Source of the DNA: Candidatus Omnitrophota bacterium
Lineage (GTDB): Bacteria > Omnitrophota > Gorgyraeia > B26-G9
Length of the DNA stretch: 64,000 nt
Assembly: GCA_043826565.1 (NCBI GenBank)
Contig: JBDRPX010000033.1
Span: 21,268 to 85,267, forward strand
Direction: 5' to 3'
In this document: piece after piece, positions 38,456 to 48,694 of the stretch
Numbering within the stretch: the first letter of the stretch is position 1
Layout of the letters: the number at the start of each line of letters is the position of its first letter
The notes under the pieces: generated by a model
The model's input: only the letters and a program-made list of their open reading frames with translations
What the model was told of the DNA's origin: nothing
Database searches by the model: none
Translations under genes and position numbers: made by a program

Positions 38456-40393
38456 ATGTATAACACTAAGCAGCTATATGGTTTTTTTATAATTTTTTTT
38501 GTAATTCTATTTTCTTTTGCTTCATTCCAACCATGCTTAGCAAATGACTTATTACCGGATGATTATCCCGCGCAGCTGCGTTTATGCTCCCGAAACGCTC
38601 TGGACGCTAAAACTCAGTGGTATTATACCGATCTTTTTCTTCCCCTATATACTTGCAGCGGTTCCCGCTTATTCGGAACCCGCGAACTATTATTTTTTCT
38701 AAACCCGAAATTTACGGCTTCCGACCTTTCTACCGATGAGGAAAACTTAGGCCTGGGACTGCGATACCTTTCCAGTGATACAGAATTCGGGAATGGATTT
38801 ATCCTCGGCGTTAATGTTTTTTATGATTCTAAATACAGTTCCAACGGAGTCCGGCACTATCAGACCGGTTACGGCGCGGAACTCCTTACTAAATGGATTG
38901 ACCTTAGAGCCAATTATTATAATCCGGCAACTGATGTGAAAACGGCAATCAGCGATTACCAATTCGCCGGTCAGAGCTTACGGCAGTATTTGAGATTTGA
39001 GGAAGCTGTGCCCGGATATGATATTGAAGCCGGAGTAATGATCCCGTACATTTCTAATTTCCTGGAAACCCGGATATCTATCGCTTCTTATAAGTACACT
39101 TCGACTATTTCCGCGGATGTAAAGGGATCAAAGATACGGCTGGAAATAACCCCTTCTCAATACCTGGCTTTTCAGATTGAAAGCAAAGATGACAAATCGC
39201 GCGGCAGTGATGTATTTATTGAAGGCCGCATAACCATTCCTTTCGGACTGGGCAATGAATCTTATAAAAAACCCCGGCATAAAAGCTGGAAAAACTTTTT
39301 TTTGAATGATGATCGCCCGAGAAAATTAATCGACCGGATGACTGACCCGGTTGTAAGAGACCTGGATATTATTACCGCGGAAAAAGATGAATACCGAAAA
39401 ATCCACGATATTATTTTTGTAAATAACTCTAATGACGCGGATGGATTAGAAGACGGAACATTTGAACATCCGCATAATAATTTATCTGAAGCCTTTACCA
39501 ACCCTAACTACGGTAACGGGATATGGATCTATGTACAAAAAGGAGACGGCACCAGCACCGGATATACCGGCACTTACACCCTTAATGACCAGTCTGTGCT
39601 TTGGGGAGAAGGCTATCGATATCTTGACCTTGGCGGCGGCGGATACCCGATAATCGACGGAGGCGCCGGAGCAAATGTTATTACTCTGGGCAAAGATAAT
39701 AAAGTAATGGGTTTACAGATACAAAACGGCAATAGAGGAATTTACGGAGCAAATTGCGGGACAGTTGAAATTAGAAACAATGTTATAACGACAAACGGCC
39801 TTCCGTTTGGTACGGGGCTGGATTTAGTTTGTAATGCGGGATCAACTGTATCGGCAACTATTGCTAATAACACAATTAACTCTAATACCGGGAATGGCCT
39901 GACCTTAAAAAGTGAAAATTTTAGTTCCTTTACAGCCGTTATAACCAATAACACTTTTAATAATAATACCGCCAGCGGAATATTTTTAACCAGCGGCGGA
40001 GGCGCGGGAACTCCCGGAGACACCAGCACATTAACCTGTACTTTTTTAAATAATTCAATTTCCACTAACAATGCTTCCGGATTAAATATCCAGGGTAATT
40101 GGAGCAGTACTCTTTCCGCTTCATTTTCCCGGAACATATTTTATGATAATAATCTTGATGGCCTGCAAATTGACAGCGGAGTAAACTTCAATCTGGTTAT
40201 GGATTTAGGTAATGGAAGTTTGGGCAGTGCCGGCTATAATTCAATTTATGATAATGGAATCCTGCACATAGATAATAATACCACTTGGGCAATTAGCGCG
40301 GAAAATAACTGGTGGGGACAATTTTCTCCCACAGATACTTATTTTGACGGAACAGTTGATTACACGCCTTATCTAAGCAGTAATCCCAATTAA
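38456..40393 (+). CDS. Secreted protein with an N-terminal beta-barrel-like domain (inverse-autotransporter-like) and a C-terminal right-handed parallel beta-helix repeat region
   Basis: Signal peptide, then ~250 aa of alternating amphipathic strands including LGLGLRYL...GVNVFYD. The C-terminal half is rich in NNT/NN(S/T) PbH1-like repeats. Confidence 0.4.
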   Translation: MYNTKQLYGFFIIFFVILFSFASFQPCLANDLLPDDYPAQLRLCSRNALDAKTQWYYTDLFLPLYTCSGSRLFGTRELLFFLNPKFTASDLSTDEENLGLGLRYLSSDTEFGNGFILGVNVFYDSKYSSNGVRHYQTGYGAELLTKWIDLRANYYNPATDVKTAISDYQFAGQSLRQYLRFEEAVPGYDIEAGVMIPYISNFLETRISIASYKYTSTISADVKGSKIRLEITPSQYLAFQIESKDDKSRGSDVFIEGRITIPFGLGNESYKKPRHKSWKNFFLNDDRPRKLIDRMTDPVVRDLDIITAEKDEYRKIHDIIFVNNSNDADGLEDGTFEHPHNNLSEAFTNPNYGNGIWIYVQKGDGTSTGYTGTYTLNDQSVLWGEGYRYLDLGGGGYPIIDGGAGANVITLGKDNKVMGLQIQNGNRGIYGANCGTVEIRNNVITTNGLPFGTGLDLVCNAGSTVSATIANNTINSNTGNGLTLKSENFSSFTAVITNNTFNNNTASGIFLTSGGGAGTPGDTSTLTCTFLNNSISTNNASGLNIQGNWSSTLSASFSRNIFYDNNLDGLQIDSGVNFNLVMDLGNGSLGSAGYNSIYDNGILHIDNNTTWAISAENNWWGQFSPTDTYFDGTVDYTPYLSSNPN

Positions 40394-41640
40394 TCTTTAA
40401 CTCTCACACTTTCCGGCAAAGGTAATGGGTTTTCCTGAACAATTGTCGGCAGACCGATCTTATCAAGTATAGTTATAAACGGATCCGGATCAAGCTCTTC
40501 GACATTAGCCATGTGCTTAACATCCCAATCACCCCGGGCAATAAGCATTGCTGCGGCAACCGGCGGAACACCCGCGGTATAACAGATCGCCTGAGATTCC
40601 ACTTCTTTATAACATTCGGCATGGTCACAGGTATTATAAATAAAAATCTCTTTGTGCTTACCGTCTTTATTCCCCTTAACATAATTACCGATACAGGTTT
40701 TGCCGGTATAATTCGGCGCTAAAGATAAAGGATCCGGTAATATTGCCTTAATGACTTTTAAAGGCACAACCTCTACTCCTTCAGCAGTCTTAATCGGTTT
40801 TTCCGATGTTAATCCCAGATTAGTTAGTACGGAAAAAACATTGATATAATGATCGCCAAACCCCATCCAGAAACGGATACTATTAGCATCAATATTTTTC
40901 GATAAAGAATGCAGTTCATCGTGTCCGTTTAAATAAACCGGCTGTTTTCCGGCTACGGGAAAATCATAAACCATTTTTATCGCGTGTACCTTTTCCATAA
41001 CCCATTTACGGTCGATCCAGGTCCAGACTTTTTTAAATTCACGAAAATTGATTTCCGGGTCAAAATTAGTCGCAAAATATTTGCCGTGATTACCGGCATT
41101 AACATCCATAATATCGATCGTATCGATATTATCAAAATGATGTTTTACGGCTAAAGCACAATAAGCATTTACTACCCCGGGGTCAAATCCCGCGCCGAGA
41201 ATCGCGGTAATTCCTTTTTCTTTGCATAGATCTAATCTTTTCCATTCATAATTAGCATACCATGGCGGATCTTCGCAAACCTTATCCGGATCTTCATGGA
41301 TAGCTGTATCTATATAAGCAACACCTGTCTCTATACAAGCTTGCAGCAAATTCATATTTACATACGACTGCGCAAGATTAATCACGATTTGAGAATTTGT
41401 TTCCCGGATAAGTTTCTTGGCCGCTTCTAAGTCCAAAGCATTAAGCTGTTTGGAATACAGTTTTTTGGATGTGTCTTTAATGTGATTTTTTCTTTTTACA
41501 CTTTCAATGATCGCGTCACATTTACTTTGGGTTCGGGAAGCAATACAGATATCACCCAAAACATCATTATTTTGCGCGCATTTATGTGCCGCCACGTGGG
41601 CCACCCCTCCGGCTCCGGCAATTAATACATTTTTTTTCAT
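40390..41640 (-). CDS. Saccharopine-dehydrogenase-family enzyme, likely carboxynorspermidine/carboxyspermidine dehydrogenase
   Basis: N-terminal Rossmann (VLIAGAGGVAHVAAHK); 416 aa. It lies next to nspC. Confidence 0.7.
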   Translation of the reverse strand: MKKNVLIAGAGGVAHVAAHKCAQNNDVLGDICIASRTQSKCDAIIESVKRKNHIKDTSKKLYSKQLNALDLEAAKKLIRETNSQIVINLAQSYVNMNLLQACIETGVAYIDTAIHEDPDKVCEDPPWYANYEWKRLDLCKEKGITAILGAGFDPGVVNAYCALAVKHHFDNIDTIDIMDVNAGNHGKYFATNFDPEINFREFKKVWTWIDRKWVMEKVHAIKMVYDFPVAGKQPVYLNGHDELHSLSKNIDANSIRFWMGFGDHYINVFSVLTNLGLTSEKPIKTAEGVEVVPLKVIKAILPDPLSLAPNYTGKTCIGNYVKGNKDGKHKEIFIYNTCDHAECYKEVESQAICYTAGVPPVAAAMLIARGDWDVKHMANVEELDPDPFITILDKIGLPTIVQENPLPLPESVRVKD

Positions 41641-41683
41641 AATCTTAACCCTCTCATTAACATTATCACATTTATTTCTATTT

Positions 41684-41712
41684 CGGGCGGAGGCAAGCCC
41701 CGCCCCTACAGG
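41684..41712 (+). repeat. REP-like element, copy 5
   Basis: CGGGCGGAGGCAAGCCCCGCCCCTACAGG between the CANSDH and nspC genes. Confidence 0.6.
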
Positions 41713-42800
41713 TTGTTAATAAAATCCTTATATGCAAACTGACGAATCAGATCGATTCTTCCGTTAAGCCGTTTTACGGCAATTGCCGGCATTTTCAATC
41801 CGTTAAACCAATTTTTTTTAACCATGGTATATCCGGCCGCATCCGGGAATTTAATTATACTGCCTACTTTTAAGCGTGACGAAAATTTAAAGGTACCAAA
41901 CACATCACCCGCCAGGCATGACCGCCCGGCAACTATATATTCATAACGGCCGGTGTTTTTTATTTTAGCATTTTCCCGGTAAACCAGCAAATCCAGCATA
42001 TGCGCTTCATTAGAAGCATCAACTATCGCGATATCCGCTTTATTCCGCACAATGTCCAGGACACTAGTAAACAACTCCGCTGATTGGGTAATCGCGCTTT
42101 CTCCGGGTTCTAAATAAACCTGAACTTTAAAATGATCACTGAATTCTTTCAGCTTTTTACAAAATTTAGCTATCGGATATCCCGGTTTTGTAAAAGAAAG
42201 GCCTCCGCCCAAACTAACCCACTCTAAGGCTTTTAAAATTTTCGCGTACTTATTGCTTATATGGTCAAGATTTGCACAAAAATTATTAAAATCATCATTT
42301 TCACAATTAAAATGAAACATACCACCAGTAATCAAAGGAAGCACTTTTAATAATGATTTTTTATCTACCACTCCCAACCGGGAATATTTGCGTGCCGGGT
42401 CTGCCAGATCAAAATGAGAATAGCTGATCCCGGGATTTATCCTTAAGCCTATGTTTGCGCCTTTAACAAGCAGCGCGAACATCTTAAGCTGAGAAACAGA
42501 ATTGAAAATGATCTTATCGCTAAACCGCCGGACTTCTTTTATATCTTCCTTAGAATAGGCTACAGAGTAGGCATGCACTTCTTTTCCGAATTTTTCATAT
42601 CCCAGACGCGCTTCATAAGGAGAACTGGAGGTTGTTCCGTCTAAGTACTGCCTCATCAGGGCAAAGACGCTCCAGGCGGAAAAACATTTAAGCGCTAAAA
42701 CAGATTTTGCCCCGGACTTATCCCTGACGCGTTTAATGATTTTCAGGTTTCTTAATAATTTCCGTTCATCAATTAAATAATACGGCGTTTTTAATTTCAA
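41706..42800 (-). CDS. nspC: Carboxynorspermidine/carboxyspermidine decarboxylase
   Basis: PLP fold-III decarboxylase (MKLKTPYYLIDERKLLRNLKII...), 364 aa. Confidence 0.8.
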   Translation of the reverse strand: MKLKTPYYLIDERKLLRNLKIIKRVRDKSGAKSVLALKCFSAWSVFALMRQYLDGTTSSSPYEARLGYEKFGKEVHAYSVAYSKEDIKEVRRFSDKIIFNSVSQLKMFALLVKGANIGLRINPGISYSHFDLADPARKYSRLGVVDKKSLLKVLPLITGGMFHFNCENDDFNNFCANLDHISNKYAKILKALEWVSLGGGLSFTKPGYPIAKFCKKLKEFSDHFKVQVYLEPGESAITQSAELFTSVLDIVRNKADIAIVDASNEAHMLDLLVYRENAKIKNTGRYEYIVAGRSCLAGDVFGTFKFSSRLKVGSIIKFPDAAGYTMVKKNWFNGLKMPAIAVKRLNGRIDLIRQFAYKDFINNL

Positions 42801-42909
42801 TGTTTTATACCCTTAATTAAAATCGGAGTGATCTTATCGAAAAAACATAACAAAACAGCAGAATACATCCTGCTGTTTTGTTATTATTCAAGTTTAAACT
42901 TGTCTGTTT

Positions 42910-43278
42910 TTAACGAACAAGGAAGCGGGTTTTTACTCTTTTGGCCTTAAAAAATTCTTTGGTAAATTTTTTGGCCAGTTCCTGATCATATTCCTTGCAC
43001 GAAAAAATGTTGAGATATGCAGTTCCCCAGTAGTCGGAAAAATGCCCGGTGATAGAGCTTGTTTCGATCAGCTGTACCAGAGAATAACCTTTTGTGAATT
43101 CTTCCTTTTCGCCGAAATAAGGAAGTAAAGTTTTGCCGTACTGCTTCATCTCGATCAGTTTGCAAAGCTTATCAACATATTCCTTAAGTTTCTTTTTGGA
43201 AGTAATCACATCCGCATCACACTCGAACAAGTCCATTACAAGCTCATATCCAAAAATCTTTTTTCCTTTTTTCTTCAT
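42910..43278 (-). CDS. Small pyruvoyl-dependent decarboxylase, S-adenosylmethionine-decarboxylase (SpeH/class 1b)-like
   Basis: GYELVMDLFECD and IETSSITGHF resemble the SpeH G.H..ELYGCD and the AE-SH self-cleavage site. Confidence 0.5.
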   Translation of the reverse strand: MKKKGKKIFGYELVMDLFECDADVITSKKKLKEYVDKLCKLIEMKQYGKTLLPYFGEKEEFTKGYSLVQLIETSSITGHFSDYWGTAYLNIFSCKEYDQELAKKFTKEFFKAKRVKTRFLVR

Positions 43279-43288
43279 TCCTTTATCC

Positions 43289-43630
43289 TTACCTAGTTAA
43301 AGATGGACGCATCATCGAAGCAAATCCTGGGTTAATGTAATGTGTTTTCAACTTTACCGCTTCACACTTTAAATTCAGTGTTTTAAACGATATATCAAAC
43401 AGGGTCAATCCTCTGGCCCCGGTTAATAAGGTAAAAAATTCCCCGACATAAACGGGTGTAACCGCTCTCTGCGGAATTACTTTCGAAACGATATTTTTAA
43501 AAGGATTGGATATTAAGAAGCTTCTTATCGGAAAGAAAAAAAAGTTGTCCAGAAAACCCCGAAGGCGGGATTTCCTTATATGCGTAAGTCCTTTACTAAA
43601 CCAAAATTCTTTTTCCTGATTCTTGTTCAT
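43289..43630 (-). CDS. Hypothetical protein
   Basis: ORF only, upstream of and co-oriented with the SpeH-like gene. Confidence 0.3.
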   Translation of the reverse strand: MNKNQEKEFWFSKGLTHIRKSRLRGFLDNFFFFPIRSFLISNPFKNIVSKVIPQRAVTPVYVGEFFTLLTGARGLTLFDISFKTLNLKCEAVKLKTHYINPGFASMMRPSLTR

Positions 43631-43880
43631 TTCTTGTTTTCGAATATCCCTTCTTTCAGCAATTGTTAAAAAAATTAGTTGCTGACTATATTAAAGCAAA
43701 AATAGAAAAAAATGCAAGAAAAAAAATAACTTTTTTTTCCGGCGGGTAAACCCCTTTAAAAAATTAGTTCAAGGAGCAAATTATACATTAGGTGTTTTTA
43801 AAAATCAATGCTTTTTTTCAAATTATTTTTTAGGTTGAATATCTCAATGTTTTGGATATAATAATATGGGAATTGAAATT

Positions 43881-43912
43881 CTGTAGGGGCGGATCTCTGT
43901 ATCCGCCCGATG
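43881..43912 (-). repeat. REP-like element, copy 6
   Basis: The minus strand reads CATCGGGCGGATACAGAGATCCGCCCCTACAG, with an 8-bp perfect stem. It lies upstream of gpmA, next to an (ATAATA)n tract. Confidence 0.6.
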
Positions 43913-43972
43913 ATATAACAATATAATAATATAATAATATAATAATAAAACAACATTTACCGGAGGAAAATA

Positions 43973-44728
43973 ATGTCAAATATCAAAGTCGTTTTATTAC
44001 GCCACGGCGAAAGTGTTTGGAATAAGGAAAATAAATTTACCGGCTGGACTGACGTGGATCTTTCAGAAAAAGGATTAGAAGAAGCTAAAACCGCCGGAGT
44101 TGTCTTAAAAAAAGAAGGATATACTTTTGATATTGCCTTCACATCCGTACTTAAACGAGCCATTAGAACACTCTGGATAACCTTAGACGGTCTTGATTTA
44201 ATGTGGATACCGGTATATCGCAACTGGAGACTTAATGAAAGACACTACGGAGCATTACAAGGTCTTAATAAAGCAGAAACCGCGGCAAAATACGGCGATG
44301 AGCAAGTTTTGGTCTGGAGAAGAAGCTATGATATTCCGCCGAAAGCTTTGGGAAAATCCGATGAACGTTACCCGGGAAATGATCCGCGCTATCAAGATAT
44401 GGATGAGAAAGATATCCCTTTAACTGAATGCTTAAAAGATACTGTCGCCAGGTTTCTTCCCTATTGGCACCAAACTATTGCTCCGGCAATCAAATCCGGG
44501 AAAAAAGTCCTGATTGCCGCGCATGGGAACAGCTTAAGAGCTTTGGTAAAATATCTGGATAATATTTCTGATGATGAAATTGTTAGCTTGAACATCCCGA
44601 CCGGAGTACCGTTGGTATATGAACTTGACGAAGATCTCAAACCGATCAAGCATTATTACCTCGGAGATCAGGAAGCGATTCAGAAAGCCATGGCCGCAGT
44701 CGCGAATCAGGGAAAAGCAAAAGGTTAA
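43973..44728 (+). CDS. gpmA: 2,3-bisphosphoglycerate-dependent phosphoglycerate mutase
   Basis: [27 protein letters not shown] motif. Confidence 0.9.
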   Translation: MSNIKVVLLRHGESVWNKENKFTGWTDVDLSEKGLEEAKTAGVVLKKEGYTFDIAFTSVLKRAIRTLWITLDGLDLMWIPVYRNWRLNERHYGALQGLNKAETAAKYGDEQVLVWRRSYDIPPKALGKSDERYPGNDPRYQDMDEKDIPLTECLKDTVARFLPYWHQTIAPAIKSGKKVLIAAHGNSLRALVKYLDNISDDEIVSLNIPTGVPLVYELDEDLKPIKHYYLGDQEAIQKAMAAVANQGKAKG

Positions 44729-45780
44729 CAAATACGCGGAAGCTGCTCTCCGGAGAGCATATCTACAAATCGGCTGGTGCCGATTGAGGTTTTTATGGTT
44801 ACCTGTCCGGGATTTTGTTTATTAACCCGTCCGATAATAGCAGCTTGGTTACCAATCTCATGAGCTTTAATGGTTTTAACTGCAGCTTGAGCATATTTTT
44901 CCGGGACAATGCAAATGAATCTTCCCTCATTAGCTACATATAACGGATCAAGGCCCAGTAACTCGCAAGCTCCTCTTACATCTTCATGCACCGGGATATT
45001 TTCTTCTTCTAAATTAATCTGAACATTTGCTGCCTGAGCAATCTCCACAACCGCACTGGCTAAGCCGCCGCGCGTAAGATCCCGCATACAATGCACCAAA
45101 ACCCCTGAATCTATTAAATCAGCAACCAGTTTATTCACCGGTGCTGAATCACTGGTGATCGTTGATTCAAACTGCAGTCCTTCCCGTACCGCCATAATCG
45201 CCATACCGTGTCTGGCAATATCTCCGCTTAAAACAATCACATCTTGATCTTCGACCGATGACGGAGCAATTGTCAAATTATGCTCAATAATACCAATCCC
45301 GGCGGTATTAATAAAAATCCCGTCACCTTTACCTCGATTAACCACTTTTGTATCTCCGGTAACAATCTGTACTCCGCACTCCTGCGCCGCTTTCGTCATA
45401 GAAGAGACAATCTTCCAAAGCATATCCATGGACAAGCCTTCTTCTAAAATAAACCCGGCGGTTAAATAAAGCGGCTTTGCCCCGCACATGCAAAGATCAT
45501 TAACCGTACCATGCACAGCCAAAGAACCGATATCGCCGCCGGGGAAAAACAAAGGATGCACAACATAAGAATCCGTAGACACAGCCATTCGTCTATTTCC
45601 AAACTGCAAAACCGCTCCGTCATGTCTTTGATCAAGCGCCGGATTATTAAAAGCCGTAACAAACATTTTTTCGATCAGCTGGTTCATGAGAATTCCGCCG
45701 GAACCATGCGCCAGCAAAATATTGGGATAATCGGATTTTGGGGTCGGGCACGTGAATATGTTGTCTTTTTTGTTGTTCAT
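44725..45780 (-). CDS. hypE: [NiFe] hydrogenase maturation protein HypE
   Basis: AIR-synthase-like fold ending in the conserved C-terminal ...PRIC. Confidence 0.9.
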   Translation of the reverse strand: MNNKKDNIFTCPTPKSDYPNILLAHGSGGILMNQLIEKMFVTAFNNPALDQRHDGAVLQFGNRRMAVSTDSYVVHPLFFPGGDIGSLAVHGTVNDLCMCGAKPLYLTAGFILEEGLSMDMLWKIVSSMTKAAQECGVQIVTGDTKVVNRGKGDGIFINTAGIGIIEHNLTIAPSSVEDQDVIVLSGDIARHGMAIMAVREGLQFESTITSDSAPVNKLVADLIDSGVLVHCMRDLTRGGLASAVVEIAQAANVQINLEEENIPVHEDVRGACELLGLDPLYVANEGRFICIVPEKYAQAAVKTIKAHEIGNQAAIIGRVNKQNPGQVTIKTSIGTSRFVDMLSGEQLPRIC

Positions 45781-45872
45781 AGAAATCTCTTTTTATAAAA
45801 ATTCAGTTTCAAGTTGCATGTCACAAGTATCATGTCTAAAAAAACTTTCAACCTGATACCTGAAACATGTGA

Positions 45873-46967
45873 CTACTTATTATTATGTTTTCTATATCTA
45901 TAATATGCCGCGCAAGCGCCTTCGGTCGAGACCATGGGCGCGCCTAAGGGATGTTCCGGGGTACATTTTTTCCTGAATTCAGAACATTCCTCCGGAGATT
46001 TAACTCCTTGTAATACCAGCCCGGCAATACACTCCGCGGGCTCTGTTACAGAAAGGCCTTCAAGATTAAATATTTTCTCAGCATCATAATCTGTGTATTC
46101 ATCCGCTAAAGCTAATCCGCTTTGTGGAATTTCACCGATGCCTCTCCATTTATTATCCACAACCTTAAATACTTTTTTCATAATTTCCTGCGCCGGGATA
46201 TTGCCTTCTCTTTTTACTACCCGGGCATATTCATTTACGATTTTACATTTGCCTTCTTCAAGCTGTTTAACACATAAATATATTCCTTCCAAGATATCCA
46301 GCGGTTCAAAACCGGTAACAACTATAGGAATCTTATATTTTTCCGCGATAGCTTCATATTGTTTATATCCCATAACCGTGCAAACATGTCCGGCCGCGAG
46401 AAATCCCTGAACTTTATTCGTTGCCGAAGAAAGAATTACTTCCATTGCCGGCGGCACAAGTACGTGAGAAACAAGCATCGAAAAATTATTCACACCCTGC
46501 TTTTTAGCCTGATATACCGCCATGGCATTTGCCGGAGCAGTGGTTTCAAAACCTATGGCAAAGAAAACAACTTTTTTATCCGGATTTTTTCTGGCAATTT
46601 CCAAAGCATCCATGGGGGAATAGACAATGCGCACATCCCCGCCTTGGGATTTGACAGTTAAAAGGTCTTTTTCCGACCCGGGAACTCTGACCATATCCCC
46701 AAACGAACAAAAGATAACATCATCCCGGCCGGCAATAATAACCGCGCGGTCTATGGCCTCAAGCGGAGTAACACATACCGGACATCCCGGCCCATGCACA
46801 AGGCTTATCTTATTCGGTAAAAGCTCATCCAGCCCGAATTTCACGATCGCATGCGTCTGCCCGCCGCAAATCTCCATTATTGTCCAAGACTTAGTTGTAA
46901 TCTTAGCAATTGCCGCAGTTATTTTTTTTACTTCTTCGGCATGACGATATTCATCTATGTACTTCAT
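45873..46967 (-). CDS. hypD: [NiFe] hydrogenase maturation protein HypD
   Basis: MKYIDEYR... with a GPGCPVCV motif. Confidence 0.9.
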   Translation of the reverse strand: MKYIDEYRHAEEVKKITAAIAKITTKSWTIMEICGGQTHAIVKFGLDELLPNKISLVHGPGCPVCVTPLEAIDRAVIIAGRDDVIFCSFGDMVRVPGSEKDLLTVKSQGGDVRIVYSPMDALEIARKNPDKKVVFFAIGFETTAPANAMAVYQAKKQGVNNFSMLVSHVLVPPAMEVILSSATNKVQGFLAAGHVCTVMGYKQYEAIAEKYKIPIVVTGFEPLDILEGIYLCVKQLEEGKCKIVNEYARVVKREGNIPAQEIMKKVFKVVDNKWRGIGEIPQSGLALADEYTDYDAEKIFNLEGLSVTEPAECIAGLVLQGVKSPEECSEFRKKCTPEHPLGAPMVSTEGACAAYYRYRKHNNK

Positions 46968-47003
46968 ACTTATCCCGCCTCAAGCATCTAGTATCTTCTA
47001 TTT

Positions 47004-47096
47004 AGTTACCAGTTACCAGTTACCAGTTACCAGTTACCAGTTACCAGTTACCAGTTACCAGTTACCAGTTACCAGTTACCAGTTACCAGTTACCAG
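47004..47096. repeat. Perfect heptanucleotide microsatellite (AGTTACC)x13
   Basis: Read directly in the hypC-hypD intergenic region. On the coding (minus) strand the unit is GGTAACT. Confidence 0.95.
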
Positions 47097-47224
47097 AAAA
47101 AAACCCAAAACCCCTCGCTTTTCTGCCTACTACATACTTCTTACTACTTGCTTTTTTGGGTCTTTTATCATTTTGATATTTTATATTTTACTTGCGACTT
47201 GTGACTTGAAACTTGGAACTATTA

Positions 47225-47485
47225 TTACCTCATCGCCTCTAGATCCAGGTCCTGGCCCTCTTCTGTATTTTTAAGAAGCTCAAATATTTTATTCGCTTCT
47301 TCTTCATCTAAAGTATTTAAAGCAAACCCCACATGCACAATTACATAATCGCCTACTTTTGCCTCCGGAACATACGCCAGGCTTACCTCCTGTACTACCC
47401 CGCTAAAACTGACCTTTCCGGTCTTAAGCAGCGGATCATTATTTTCATTTATACTGATAATCTTTCCCGGCACGGCTAAACACAT
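47225..47485 (-). CDS. hypC: [NiFe] hydrogenase maturation chaperone HypC. I moved the start to the internal MCLAVPGK codon
   Basis: HypC proteins begin MC(L/I)A(I/V)P. The ORF-track start 11 codons upstream would displace the essential Cys2. Confidence 0.8.
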   Translation of the reverse strand: MCLAVPGKIISINENNDPLLKTGKVSFSGVVQEVSLAYVPEAKVGDYVIVHVGFALNTLDEEEANKIFELLKNTEEGQDLDLEAMR

Positions 47486-47660
47486 ATTAAACCTCATCTT
47501 TTTTAAATCAAAACTCAAAAATCAAAATGCAAAAATTTAATTCAAAAATAAAAAGTTTATAAACAAATAGTATTTTTTTAAAAATAATTATTAACCTTTG
47601 AATTTTTACTTGTATTTTTGACTTTTGCCCTTTGATTTTTGAATTATATTACGCATTATA

Positions 47661-48668
47661 TCATATTAAATCTGTTTTTTGCTTCTTTTTGTAGGCCAGG
47701 GTATCTTTTTCATCATAAATCTCCCCGAATAATTCTTCTAAAACATCCTCCATGGAAATTACCCCGATATTTTCATCTTTGCTATTGCGGACAATAAACA
47801 AATGCTGATGATATGCCTGAAATTTTTCCAGTAATGTATCGGCCCGTTCATGTTCTTTAATAAATATCGGAGTAACCATAAAATCACGCACCAGCGCGTT
47901 TTCATTATCATTCGCCAGTTCCTTTAAAAGTATTCTTTGCTGGCAAATTCCGACAATTTTGGTTTTCTCATCCCCATAGACAACAAGCCGGCTGTATCTT
48001 GAGTTTATAATTTCATCTTTAATCTCAATCAGCTTCTTTTCTGAAGGCAAACCATAGACATTCTCAATCGGCTTCATCATTTGCACTGCTTTTAAATCAT
48101 TGAGCTTAAATATTCTATTGCACAAAACTTCCTCATCCACTTCCACTGTGCCTTCCATTTTGCCCAGCCTCAGCATCATCTTTATTTCTTCTTCGGTAAC
48201 TTTGGGAAGAGTTTTTGACCCTCTAAGTTTCCGGGTAAAAAACTCAATAGCCGAGACAAATGGTTTTAATAAAAGCATAAAAAAACGTACCAGTATCGCG
48301 CTGGCAAGGGAAATCGGAACCTTGTGGTGTTCCCCGATTGTTTTGGGAATAACTTCGGAAACAACAATGATAAATAAGGTCAAGACCGCGGAAGCTATAC
48401 CCAGCCATTCACTGCCGAAAATGCTGGTTACCATTTGTCCGACAAAGATCGAACCGATAATATTTATCGCATTATTAATAATAACAATTGTTGCTATGGC
48501 CGAATGAATATTTTCCTTAACGATCATTAAATCATCGGCACCTTTACGCTTTGCCTCCCGAAGAAGCCGGGCCTTCATCAACGGCAAACTTAATATTGCC
48601 GCCTCAATCATCGAACAAATTCCCGACGTAAATAAAACAGTAACTATAAGAACTACAAGCACAATCAT
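47661..48668 (-). CDS. HlyC/CorC-family transporter (CNNM TM domain, CBS pair and CorC_HlyC domain)
   Basis: N-terminal DUF21-type TM helices, then a CBS pair and a C-terminal transporter-associated domain. Confidence 0.7.
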   Translation of the reverse strand: MIVLVVLIVTVLFTSGICSMIEAAILSLPLMKARLLREAKRKGADDLMIVKENIHSAIATIVIINNAINIIGSIFVGQMVTSIFGSEWLGIASAVLTLFIIVVSEVIPKTIGEHHKVPISLASAILVRFFMLLLKPFVSAIEFFTRKLRGSKTLPKVTEEEIKMMLRLGKMEGTVEVDEEVLCNRIFKLNDLKAVQMMKPIENVYGLPSEKKLIEIKDEIINSRYSRLVVYGDEKTKIVGICQQRILLKELANDNENALVRDFMVTPIFIKEHERADTLLEKFQAYHQHLFIVRNSKDENIGVISMEDVLEELFGEIYDEKDTLAYKKKQKTDLI

Positions 48669-48694
48669 TAATATTCCCCTTCACACAATCTTCC

